This document shows positions 1-8,455 of a stretch of 64,000 nt of DNA, piece after piece. The first letter of the stretch is position 1. Every line of letters starts with the position of its first letter. The notes under the pieces were generated by a model that did not search any database, was not told the DNA's origin, and saw only the letters and a program-made list of their open reading frames with translations. The stretch spans positions 146,728 to 210,727 of the forward strand of contig CAZXJJ010000002.1 of assembly GCA_964640995.1 (NCBI GenBank), in the 5' to 3' direction. Position numbers and translations under genes: made by a program. Origin of the DNA: an uncultured Caldisericota bacterium. Its GTDB lineage: Bacteria > Caldisericota > Caldisericia > B22-G15.

Positions 1-783
1 GGAAAAAGAAGTTCATTTTATATTGAAAAAGAAGGAGCAGGTCAGGTTACACTCGTTGGTCCTCCAAATTCTGGAAAATCGACTCTTTTTTATTTATTAT
101 CATCTGTTCAATCTGAAATTGGAGATTATCCATTTACAACAAAGGCACCAATAGTTGGAATGGTTCCATTTGAAGATATAAAAATTCAATTTATTGACCT
201 TCCTCCAATAAGTGAAGATAGTGATTATACACTTTTTGATATCATAAGAAACTCTGATCTAATTTTAATTGTTTTATCCTTTGATATGAATTTAAATGAA
301 GAATTTGAAAAAATCATAAAAATTCTTGATGATAAGGGGATAAAACTTCTTGGTGAAGGAACAAGTGAGGATTATCTTTTTGGTCCATTAAATAAAAGAG
401 GGCTTGTTTTTATTAACAAATCAGATTTGTTAAGTCAAGAAGAAATTGATAAATTATTACAAAATTTTAAAACTAATCTTCCCATAATTTTCGGATCATC
501 TGAATTAATATTAAATATTGAAGAATTGATTAAAAAAGTTTTTGAAGGATTAAATATAATAAGAGTTTATACAAAAGAACCAGGAAAACCTCCAGATATG
601 ACTGACCCACTTATTTTAAAAAAAGGAGCAACGGTTTTGGATGCAGCTTACAAATTACACAAAGAAATCGCAAAAAATTTAAAATATGCTCGACTTTGGG
701 GTTCAAGTAGATTTGAGGGTCAACAGGTCAATAGAGATTATGTTTTACAAGATAAAGATATTGTTGAATTTCATACAAAGTGA
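1..783 (+). CDS. OBG/DRG-type GTP-binding protein with C-terminal TGS-like domain (5' partial, N-terminus outside window)
   Basis: Frame 1 is open from nt 1 (GKRSSFYIEKEGAGQVTLVGPPNSGKSTLF...). P-loop G1 GPPNSGKS, G2 FTT, G3 DLPP, and a C-terminal TGS-like segment (RVYTKEPGKPPD...DIVEF). ORF-track 160..783 is only the tail after an internal Met. Confidence 0.6.
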   Translation, partial: GKRSSFYIEKEGAGQVTLVGPPNSGKSTLFYLLSSVQSEIGDYPFTTKAPIVGMVPFEDIKIQFIDLPPISEDSDYTLFDIIRNSDLILIVLSFDMNLNEEFEKIIKILDDKGIKLLGEGTSEDYLFGPLNKRGLVFINKSDLLSQEEIDKLLQNFKTNLPIIFGSSELILNIEELIKKVFEGLNIIRVYTKEPGKPPDMTDPLILKKGATVLDAAYKLHKEIAKNLKYARLWGSSRFEGQQVNRDYVLQDKDIVEFHTK

Positions 784-1634
784 AAAAATTTAAGTTCATC
801 TTTTTTCTAATTTTATTTTTTTTCATAATCTATTTTCTTTTTACTATTGATGTTTTAAATTTTATAAAAATATATTATATTCAATTGATATCAATTTTGA
901 TTGCTTATTTTATTTTAAATATATTTACTATAAGGGGAAGGTATTTTATACTCATTTTGACTTTAATTTTCTTTATTTTTTATTTTTATATTTATCCTAA
1001 TTACATAGAAAAAAGAGTTTTATATTCCGAAACTTTTAAAGAAAAAAGCAAAATAGAATTATTAAATGTTAATTTAAATGTTGAAAATGGGGTTTTAAAA
1101 CTTGTCGGTGATAAGATAGATGAAGATTTTATTTTTGATTATTCTTCATTTAAAAAGATCTATCTATTCAAAAAAATATCAAAAGATAATGCAATATATT
1201 CTCTTATACAAAATAAGATTTTGAAAAAAGATATTAATAATTCAAAAGAGTATAATTTAATTTTTAATGAGACCAAAAAATTAAATTTTTCTGTTCAAGG
1301 AAAATCTTTATATTATGATTTTGACTTTTCAAATATTTTATTAAACGAATTTTTACTCAATTCTAATTCATCATTTATTAACATTAGGTTGCCACAAAAT
1401 TCTAACAATTTATTAATTAAATTAAATTTAAAACCATCTTTTATAAAAATTGGTTTAAGGAAGAATTTCTATATAGAAGTTATATTAAATGAAAAAAATT
1501 CAATGTGTAACCTTAAAGATTTAGGATTTAAATTAAAAAATAATAAAGAATACTATTTTGATGGGGGAGAAAATAAAATTTATATTGAAATTAACACATA
1601 CTCTTCCTATTTAGATTTTTATTTTCTGGATTAA
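780..1634 (+). CDS. hypothetical membrane-anchored protein
   Basis: 284-aa ORF; GTG start overlaps the upstream stop (GTGA). Three N-terminal hydrophobic segments followed by an Asn/Lys-rich soluble region; no recognisable catalytic motif. Confidence 0.4.
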   Translation: MKKFKFIFFLILFFFIIYFLFTIDVLNFIKIYYIQLISILIAYFILNIFTIRGRYFILILTLIFFIFYFYIYPNYIEKRVLYSETFKEKSKIELLNVNLNVENGVLKLVGDKIDEDFIFDYSSFKKIYLFKKISKDNAIYSLIQNKILKKDINNSKEYNLIFNETKKLNFSVQGKSLYYDFDFSNILLNEFLLNSNSSFINIRLPQNSNNLLIKLNLKPSFIKIGLRKNFYIEVILNEKNSMCNLKDLGFKLKNNKEYYFDGGENKIYIEINTYSSYLDFYFLD

Positions 1635-1667
1635 AATAAGAATATATTTTATTATCTGGAGGTCTTT

Positions 1668-2834
1668 ATGCTTAATATAATTTTAACAGGATTAACCTCT
1701 TTTTTAACAGATATAAGTACTGAAATGTTCTATCCTCTAATTTCACTTTACATTGTTGCACTTGGTGGAGGACCAGAAATTATAGGTGTAATTGAAGGAA
1801 TTGCCGAAAGTTTAGCAAGTTTACTTAAAGTTTTTTCAGGGAATTTATCAGACATTATTAAAAAAAGGAAGCCACTAGCAATATTTGGTTATTCATTTTC
1901 AGTTATTGGAAAAATTTTTATGTATTTTGCTCAAAGTTGGGGTGGAGTTTTTATTGGAAGAGTAATTGATAGAATAGGAAAAGGAATTAGAACTGCTCCA
2001 AGAGATGCTCTAATTGCAGAATCTGTTAATGAAAAAAGAGGAAGAGCATTTGGATTACACAGAACAATGGATACTCTTGGGGCCTTTTTTGGTGTTTTAA
2101 TATCTATTCTTTTAATTAAAAGATTTGAACTTTTATCAATAGAAAAAGGTTTAAGTGTATCAAATTTTTTACCTATTTTTAGATACATTATTTTATTTAG
2201 CATAATTCCTGGAATTTTAGGTGTATCAATTCTATTTTTTGTTAAAGAAACAGCATCAGGAATACCTCTTGGAAAAAAAATAATATTAAATCTAAAAATA
2301 ATACCCAAGAAATTAAAGGGCTTTCTTCTTGTAACTCTAATTTTTACATTTGGTAATTCATCAAATCAATTTCTTTTATTAAAAGCAAAAAATATAGGAT
2401 TTTCTATTATCTCAATTCTTACTCTTTATCTTGTTTATAATATAACTTATGCACTCTTTTCTTATCCATTAGGAAGACTATCAGATAAAATAGGAAGAAA
2501 ATGGATAATTTTGACAGGTTATTTGATATATGGATTAGTTTATCTTTCTTATGCTTTTGCTAAAAGTGTAATATTGATTTATATTTTATTTGCAATTTAT
2601 GGATTATATTCTGCTTTTACAGAAGGGGTTGAAAAAGCACTAGTTTCAGATATTTCACCAGCTGAATTAAAAGGAAGTTTGATTGGACTTCATGCAACAC
2701 TTGTTGGTATAGGACTTTTTCCTGCATCTTTAATTGGTGGTCTTTTGTGGCAATATATTTCACCACAGGCAACCTTTATATTTGGTGGAATTATGGGAAT
2801 AATTGCTTCAATTGGGATGATGTTGGCTGTATAA
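1668..2834 (+). CDS. MFS transporter
   Basis: 388 aa, about 12 hydrophobic segments; MFS-type loop motifs GRVIDRIGKGIR and LGRLSDKIGRK; RBS GGAGG upstream. Confidence 0.75.
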   Translation: MLNIILTGLTSFLTDISTEMFYPLISLYIVALGGGPEIIGVIEGIAESLASLLKVFSGNLSDIIKKRKPLAIFGYSFSVIGKIFMYFAQSWGGVFIGRVIDRIGKGIRTAPRDALIAESVNEKRGRAFGLHRTMDTLGAFFGVLISILLIKRFELLSIEKGLSVSNFLPIFRYIILFSIIPGILGVSILFFVKETASGIPLGKKIILNLKIIPKKLKGFLLVTLIFTFGNSSNQFLLLKAKNIGFSIISILTLYLVYNITYALFSYPLGRLSDKIGRKWIILTGYLIYGLVYLSYAFAKSVILIYILFAIYGLYSAFTEGVEKALVSDISPAELKGSLIGLHATLVGIGLFPASLIGGLLWQYISPQATFIFGGIMGIIASIGMMLAV

Positions 2835-2841
2835 TTTAATC

Positions 2842-4065
2842 ATGAAAAAGATAAAATATTTAAAATGTATTCATTGTGGAAGTGAATATGAAGCAACAGA
2901 GGTCAATTATACATGTCCAAAATGTGGTATAGATGGAATTCTCTTTGTTGAACTTGATTATGAAAAAATAAATTTTAATAAAGAAATTTTAAAATATAGA
3001 CCAAATAATATTTTAAGATACCATGAACTTTTTCCTATAAAAGATGTTGATAATTCTCCACCATTAAATGTTGGTATGACACCTCTTTATAAATCAAAAA
3101 GATTAAATGATTTTCTTGGATTAAAAAATTTATATATAAAAGATGATGGTAGAAATCCTACTGCATCATTTAAAGATAGAGCATCATTTATTGTTGTTAA
3201 AAAAGCAATGGAACTTGGCTTTAATTCAATTACAACTGCATCAACTGGCAATGCAGCATCTTCTCTTGCAGGAATTTCAGCAAGTGTTGGTATAAAAACA
3301 TATATATTTGTGCCCGAGACTGCACCAAGAGCAAAAATTGCACAACTCCTCTCTTTTGGTGCAAATGTTTTTGCTGTACAGGGAAGTTATGATGATTGTT
3401 TTGACCTTTGCATACAAGCAAGTGATGAGTTTGGTTGGTATAATAGAAACACTGCTTATAACCCATATACAATTGAAGGCAAAAAGAGTGTTTCATTTGA
3501 AATTTGGGAGCAGATGAATTTTGAAGTTCCAGATAAAATTTTTGTATCAGTTGGAGATGGAGTCATTTATAGCGGAGTTTATAAAGGGTTCTATGATTTA
3601 TATAACTTAAAATTAATTGATAAAATGCCTCAAGTTATTGGTGTACAAGCAGAGGGCTCTTCTCCAATTGTAAAGGCCTATATTGAAAATAAAGAAAAAG
3701 TGGAACCAATCGAAAATCCTAAAACAGTTGCAGATTCAATATGTGTAGGTCATCCAAGAAATGGAAATATGGCTCTAAAATTTGCAAGAAAATATAATGG
3801 AAGTTTTGTTTCTGTTAAAGATGGAGAAATTTTAAATGCAATTCCTCTTCTTGGAAAACTCACTGGTGTATTTGGTGAGCCTGCAGGAGTAACTCCTTTT
3901 GCAGGTTTAATAAAAATGAAAAATGAAAACAAAATAGATGAAAATGAAAAAATTGTTGTAATAATTTCAGGAAATGGATTAAAAGATATTGAATCAGCAA
4001 TAAAAAGCACAGGAGAACCAAATTATATAAAGCTTGATATAAATGAAATAAGAAAATATATTTGA
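2842..4065 (+). CDS. thrC: threonine synthase (PLP-dependent, N-terminal zinc ribbon)
   Basis: N-terminal CxxC...CxxC ribbon (CIHCG...CPKCG); PLP-lysine motif NPTASFKDRASF; glycine-rich PLP-binding region; 407 aa. Confidence 0.7.
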   Translation: MKKIKYLKCIHCGSEYEATEVNYTCPKCGIDGILFVELDYEKINFNKEILKYRPNNILRYHELFPIKDVDNSPPLNVGMTPLYKSKRLNDFLGLKNLYIKDDGRNPTASFKDRASFIVVKKAMELGFNSITTASTGNAASSLAGISASVGIKTYIFVPETAPRAKIAQLLSFGANVFAVQGSYDDCFDLCIQASDEFGWYNRNTAYNPYTIEGKKSVSFEIWEQMNFEVPDKIFVSVGDGVIYSGVYKGFYDLYNLKLIDKMPQVIGVQAEGSSPIVKAYIENKEKVEPIENPKTVADSICVGHPRNGNMALKFARKYNGSFVSVKDGEILNAIPLLGKLTGVFGEPAGVTPFAGLIKMKNENKIDENEKIVVIISGNGLKDIESAIKSTGEPNYIKLDINEIRKYI

Positions 4066-4087
4066 TAAAATAAATTTATTAAAGGAG

Positions 4088-4462
4088 GTGAAAAAGATGG
4101 ATGGATCATTTTGGGAAAAAATTAAAAAAGGTTTGCAAATTAGTGCTGAAAAAACAAAAGAATTTGCAGAAATTGCAAATATTAAAGGCGCAATTCTCAT
4201 TTTAGAGAACAAAAAGGGAGGAAAACTTAAAGAACTTGGTACAAAAGTTTATGACTTTTATAAACAGGGTAAAACAAAAGATGAAATTTTTGAGGCAATA
4301 AATTCTATTTTTGAAGAGATAAAGAAAATAGAAAATGAAATAAAAGAAAGAGAAGAGGAGATTGAAAAAATTAAATCTCAAAAGGATATAAAGGATGAGG
4401 AGGTTAAGAAAATAGAGGAGGAAGTAAAAAAGGAAGTTAAAGAGGAAGAGAAAGAGCAATGA
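4088..4462 (+). CDS. hypothetical Lys/Glu-rich coiled-coil protein
   Basis: 124 aa, strong RBS AAAGGAGGTG upstream; C-terminal half is a KE-rich low-complexity helix (EEIEKIKSQKDIKDEEVKKIEEEVKKEVKEEEKEQ). Confidence 0.35.
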   Translation: MKKMDGSFWEKIKKGLQISAEKTKEFAEIANIKGAILILENKKGGKLKELGTKVYDFYKQGKTKDEIFEAINSIFEEIKKIENEIKEREEEIEKIKSQKDIKDEEVKKIEEEVKKEVKEEEKEQ

Positions 4463-5535
4463 TGAATTATGCCATAAAAAATTTTATTGAACTTTGTAAA
4501 ATTCCCTCTCCTTCAGGAAAAGAAGAAAAAGTAAGAGAAAAAATTTTAGAACTATATAAAGATCTTGGAGAATGGAAAATAGATAAAACAGGAAATATGT
4601 ATTTGAAAGTTGGAAAAGGAGACAAAGCACTTTTATTAAATGCACATATAGATACAGTTCCTGTTGATGGCGATAATATAAATATCATTGTTGAAAATGG
4701 AGTTATCAAGACAGATGGAAAAACAATTTTAGGTGCAGATGACAAATCTGGTGTTATTGCAATTCTTGAAGGTATTAAGAGAAAAAAAGATGAACTTAAA
4801 GGAGTAGTTGACATAGTTTTAACAGTTGAGGAGGAAACTGGACTTAAAGGAGCAAAAAATTTAGATTTATCATTACTTGAAGCAAAAGATGGATTTGTTT
4901 TTGATATGCATAATCCACCAGGTGAAATTGTTACTGAATCACCATATCACAATACTTTTAAATTTTTCATTTATGGTAAAGCTTCCCACGCAGGAGCAGA
5001 ACCTGAAAAAGGAATAAATGCAATTTTACTGTCCTCAAGAGCAATAAATAGAATTAAAATAGGGAAAATTGATGATGAAACAACTGCAAACATTGGAGTT
5101 ATAAAAGGTGGTAGCGCAACAAATGTTGTACCTGATTATGTTGAAATTCATGGTGAAGCAAGAAGTAGAGATGAGAATAAACTTTTAAATTTAACTGATG
5201 AGATTATAAATATTTTTACAGAAGAGGTTGAAAAAGGCGGAGGTAGGTTAGATTATTATTTAAATAGAGAATATAATGGATATAAATTTTCAGAAAATGA
5301 TAAATTAATTTTATTAATAAAAAAAGTTTTTGAATCACTAAATATTAAACCTATTACAAGACCAACTATGGGTGGTTCTGATTCAAACATATTCCATGAA
5401 AAAGGGATAAAAACAATAGTTCTTTCTTGTGGAATGATGAATGTTCATACAAAAGAAGAATATATAAAAATTGAAGATTTAGAAAAAACTATAAATGTTG
5501 TTGAAAAGATAATCGATTTCTACTTTGAGGAATAA
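4459..5535 (+). CDS. M20/M42-family metallopeptidase
   Basis: Metal-ligand motifs NAHIDTVPV and GADDKSGV, and EETGLKG; 358 aa; start overlaps upstream stop. Confidence 0.6.
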   Translation: MMNYAIKNFIELCKIPSPSGKEEKVREKILELYKDLGEWKIDKTGNMYLKVGKGDKALLLNAHIDTVPVDGDNINIIVENGVIKTDGKTILGADDKSGVIAILEGIKRKKDELKGVVDIVLTVEEETGLKGAKNLDLSLLEAKDGFVFDMHNPPGEIVTESPYHNTFKFFIYGKASHAGAEPEKGINAILLSSRAINRIKIGKIDDETTANIGVIKGGSATNVVPDYVEIHGEARSRDENKLLNLTDEIINIFTEEVEKGGGRLDYYLNREYNGYKFSENDKLILLIKKVFESLNIKPITRPTMGGSDSNIFHEKGIKTIVLSCGMMNVHTKEEYIKIEDLEKTINVVEKIIDFYFEE

Positions 5536-6065
5536 TGGAAAAAAAGATAAGTGAATATCTGGTTTTCGATGGAAAACTTATAAAAGTTTTTGAAAGAAAA
5601 GTATTGGTTAATGAAAATAGAGAAACCTTAAGAGAAATTGTAATTCACCCTGGTGCAGTAGGAATAATTGCTTTAACAAGAGAGAAAAAATTAATTCTTG
5701 TTAGACAATTTAGAGCCCCTTTTGAAAAAGAACTTCTAGAAATTCCAGCAGGAAAATTAGAAAAAGGTGAGGACCCTCTTGTTTGTGCCAAAAGAGAACT
5801 TTTGGAAGAAACAGGTTTCTCTGGGGATTTTGAAAAAATAGGTACATTTACATCATCTCCTGGTTTCACAAATGAAATAATTCATATATTTCTATGTAAA
5901 AACGCCTTCTTTTATTCGAATGAATTTAAACATGAAGGAGAAATTGAAAAGGTAGTTTTATTTGATATAGAAGAGGCTTATAAACTTCTTTTAAGAGGTG
6001 AAATAGAAGACCTCAAAACCGCTTTTTCAATTTCATACATACATGAAAACTCTAAATCTATTTGA
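5535..6065 (+). CDS. NUDIX hydrolase (ADP-ribose pyrophosphatase-like)
   Basis: Nudix box GKLEKGEDPLVCAKRELLEETGF; 176 aa. Confidence 0.8.
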   Translation: MEKKISEYLVFDGKLIKVFERKVLVNENRETLREIVIHPGAVGIIALTREKKLILVRQFRAPFEKELLEIPAGKLEKGEDPLVCAKRELLEETGFSGDFEKIGTFTSSPGFTNEIIHIFLCKNAFFYSNEFKHEGEIEKVVLFDIEEAYKLLLRGEIEDLKTAFSISYIHENSKSI

Positions 6066-6960
6066 AACCTTCATTTCCTATCTCGAATTTGAAAAAGAGT
6101 TTTCAAAAAATACAATTGAATCATATAAAAATGATTTAGAAGATTTCAAAGAATATCTTGATTTAATTAATAAAACTCCAGAAGATACAGACAAAAAAGA
6201 CGCCTTCAACTATTTAATATTTCTTTCAAAAAAGAAACTTAAACCATCTTCCTTAAGAAGAAAAATATCAGCAATAAGATCTTTTTACAAATTTTTGATT
6301 AAAGAGGAACTAATTAAAAAAGACCCAACAGTTGATTTGACATTTCCAAAAAATGAGAAAAGGCTTCCACAAGTTTTGACAATTGAAGAAATAGAAAAAC
6401 TAATTAATATTATTGATAATAAAACAGTTAAGGGAAAAAGAGACAAAGCAATAATTGAACTTTTATATAGTTCTGGTTTAAGGGTTTCAGAAATACTCAA
6501 TTTAAAAATTAATGACCTTGATTTTGAGAATAATTACTTAAAATGTTTTGGAAAGGGAAGCAAAGAAAGAATTGTTCCATTTGGTGAACTTGCAAAAACG
6601 TACATAATTGACTACCTAAAAGAAAGAGAGAGATTGAAAATTGATAGTGAACTTTTATTTGTAAACAAAAAAGGTGAAAAATTATTAAGACAGCATATAA
6701 ATAATTTATTAAGAATTTATTCAAAAAAAGCAAAACTTAAGAAAAATGTTCATCCTCATATGTTAAGGCATTCATTCGCAACACATCTTCTTGAAAGAGG
6801 AGCAGATTTAAGAAGTGTGCAGGAACTATTGGGTCATGTTGATATTTCAACTACACAAATATATACTCATTTAACCAAAGATTATTTAAGAGAGATTTAT
6901 CTCTCAACACATCCTTTGTGGAGGAAAAATGATAAAAAGAGTAATACTAGTGATTCTTGA
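6043..6960 (+). CDS. xerC: site-specific tyrosine recombinase XerC/XerD family
   Basis: RDKAIIELLYSSGLRVSE and C-terminal HPHMLRHSFATHLLERGADLRSVQELLGHVDISTTQIYTHL with catalytic Tyr; 305 aa, the size of a chromosomal Xer rather than a phage integrase. Confidence 0.8.
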   Translation: MKTLNLFETFISYLEFEKEFSKNTIESYKNDLEDFKEYLDLINKTPEDTDKKDAFNYLIFLSKKKLKPSSLRRKISAIRSFYKFLIKEELIKKDPTVDLTFPKNEKRLPQVLTIEEIEKLINIIDNKTVKGKRDKAIIELLYSSGLRVSEILNLKINDLDFENNYLKCFGKGSKERIVPFGELAKTYIIDYLKERERLKIDSELLFVNKKGEKLLRQHINNLLRIYSKKAKLKKNVHPHMLRHSFATHLLERGADLRSVQELLGHVDISTTQIYTHLTKDYLREIYLSTHPLWRKNDKKSNTSDS

Positions 6961-8086
6961 TGGAGTAGGAGTTGGTGGAGCAAAAGATGCTAAAGAATTT
7001 GGAGATGAGAATAGTAATACATTGCTTAATGTAATAGAAAAAACAGGAATAAAACTTCCAAACTTAACAAACTTTGGGATGTTAAATTTACTTTACAATA
7101 TGAAAATTGAGACTCTATCTTCTTATGGAATTTTAAAAGAAGAATCTCCAGGAAAAGATACAACGACAGGTCATTGGGAATTAATGGGAGTAAAACTCAC
7201 AAAGCCATTTCCAGTTTACCCTAATGGTTTTCCAGATGAAATAATTAAAGAGTTTGAAAAAAGAATAGGAAAAAAGGTTTTATGGAACAAACCAGCATCT
7301 GGAACCGAAATTATAAAAAATTTAGGTGAAGAGCACATCAAAACTGGATATCCAATAGTTTATACTTCTGCTGATTCAGTTTTTCAAATTGCAGCACATG
7401 TTGATCTAATACCTTTAAATGAACTATACAAGATGTGTGAAATAGCAAGGGAAATTCTGAAAGGAGAACACGCTGTTGCAAGAGTAATAGCAAGACCCTT
7501 TGCAGGTGAGATAGGAAAATTTTATAGAACTCCTGATAGAAAAGATTATTCCCTTGAACCTCCAGAAGAAACTCTTCTTGACATTATGATAAAGAAGGGA
7601 TTCAAAACTTTTGGTATTGGAAAAGTATATGATATTTTTGCAAAAAGAGGCTTTTCTCAAATAGTGCATATAGAAAATAACACAGAAAACATGGCAGTTT
7701 TGTTAAAAGCAACAATTGAGGAAAGGGATTATTCTTTAATTTTTACAAACCTTGTTGATTTTGATATGAATTATGGACATAGAAGAGATCTTTGGGGATT
7801 TGCAAATGCTCTACTTGAGTTTGATGGTTTTTTAGGAAATTATTTAAGATGGCTAAAAGATGATGATATTCTAATAATAACAGCAGATCATGGAAATGAC
7901 CCAACATTTTTAAAACATACAGATCATACAAGAGAAAATGTTCCAATTTTTATTTATGGGAAAAATATTAAGAGAAATAATTACATCGGAATTAATAAAT
8001 TTTCTGATCTTAGTGCAACAATAGGTGAAATTTTTGGTCTGAAAACTAACTACGGTAAATCTTTTTTTAAAAAAATTGTGGTATAA
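6929..8086 (+). CDS. deoB: phosphopentomutase
   Basis: N-terminal VILVILDGVGVGG, TTTGHWELMGV, and C-terminal ITADHGNDPT, typical of DeoB in the alkaline-phosphatase superfamily; 385 aa. Confidence 0.8.
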   Translation: MIKRVILVILDGVGVGGAKDAKEFGDENSNTLLNVIEKTGIKLPNLTNFGMLNLLYNMKIETLSSYGILKEESPGKDTTTGHWELMGVKLTKPFPVYPNGFPDEIIKEFEKRIGKKVLWNKPASGTEIIKNLGEEHIKTGYPIVYTSADSVFQIAAHVDLIPLNELYKMCEIAREILKGEHAVARVIARPFAGEIGKFYRTPDRKDYSLEPPEETLLDIMIKKGFKTFGIGKVYDIFAKRGFSQIVHIENNTENMAVLLKATIEERDYSLIFTNLVDFDMNYGHRRDLWGFANALLEFDGFLGNYLRWLKDDDILIITADHGNDPTFLKHTDHTRENVPIFIYGKNIKRNNYIGINKFSDLSATIGEIFGLKTNYGKSFFKKIVV

Positions 8087-8096
8087 TAAAAAATGC

Positions 8097-8449
8097 GGGG
8101 GCGAAAGGAGCTCGACATGGAATGGAGGTTTAAACCAGCAGGTGGGTTTGAGAGAACCCTAAAACTCTCAAAAGACTTAAAATGCCAACACAAATTATGC
8201 TTTTGCAGTAGCATAAGTTCTACTGCCAGTTTGGGAGATTCTGGTCTCCTTGGTCTCTCAAGCTGAGGCGAAAAGGAGACTCGCCTTTATCCTCATCCTC
8301 TGGGATAAAGGTTAAAAATATGAGGATACGCTTCTCTCCTCTGTGCCTGTTCAGAAGAGAGAAGAAGAGAAAGAAATAACAGGCTAAACCTGTAGAAGGT
8401 TTAAACTGAGATTCCATGGACGCGGGTTCAATTCCCGCCGCCTCCACCA
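8097..8449 (+). ncRNA. ssrA: tmRNA (transfer-messenger RNA)
   Basis: GC-rich island in AT-rich DNA. 5' GGGGGCGAAAGG pairs with the 3' acceptor ...GGACGCGGGTTCAATTCCCGCCGCCTCCACCA (tRNA-Ala-like T-arm and CCA). Internal tag frame 8184..8216 GCC AAC ACA AAT TAT GCT TTT GCA GTA GCA TAA encodes ANTNYAFAVA. The 76-aa minus-strand ORF 8220..8450 is spurious. Confidence 0.85.
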
Positions 8450-8455
8450 ATTTAA

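Noticed and set aside
4202-4814. Minus-strand ORFs 4202..4459 and 4467..4814
   Set aside because: Antisense to the KE-rich protein and the M20 peptidase; Phe/Leu-rich mirror-image composition; no independent signals.
6043-6960. Tyrosine recombinase as a possible island integrase for the tmRNA-adjacent insertion
   Set aside because: It is 305 aa with full XerC/XerD signature motifs, and deoB separates it from the tmRNA; it fits the chromosomal dimer-resolution recombinase better than a phage or ICE integrase.
8220-8450. 76-aa minus-strand ORF
   Set aside because: Lies entirely within the tmRNA gene on the opposite strand; atypical amino-acid composition; artefact of the GC-rich structured RNA.
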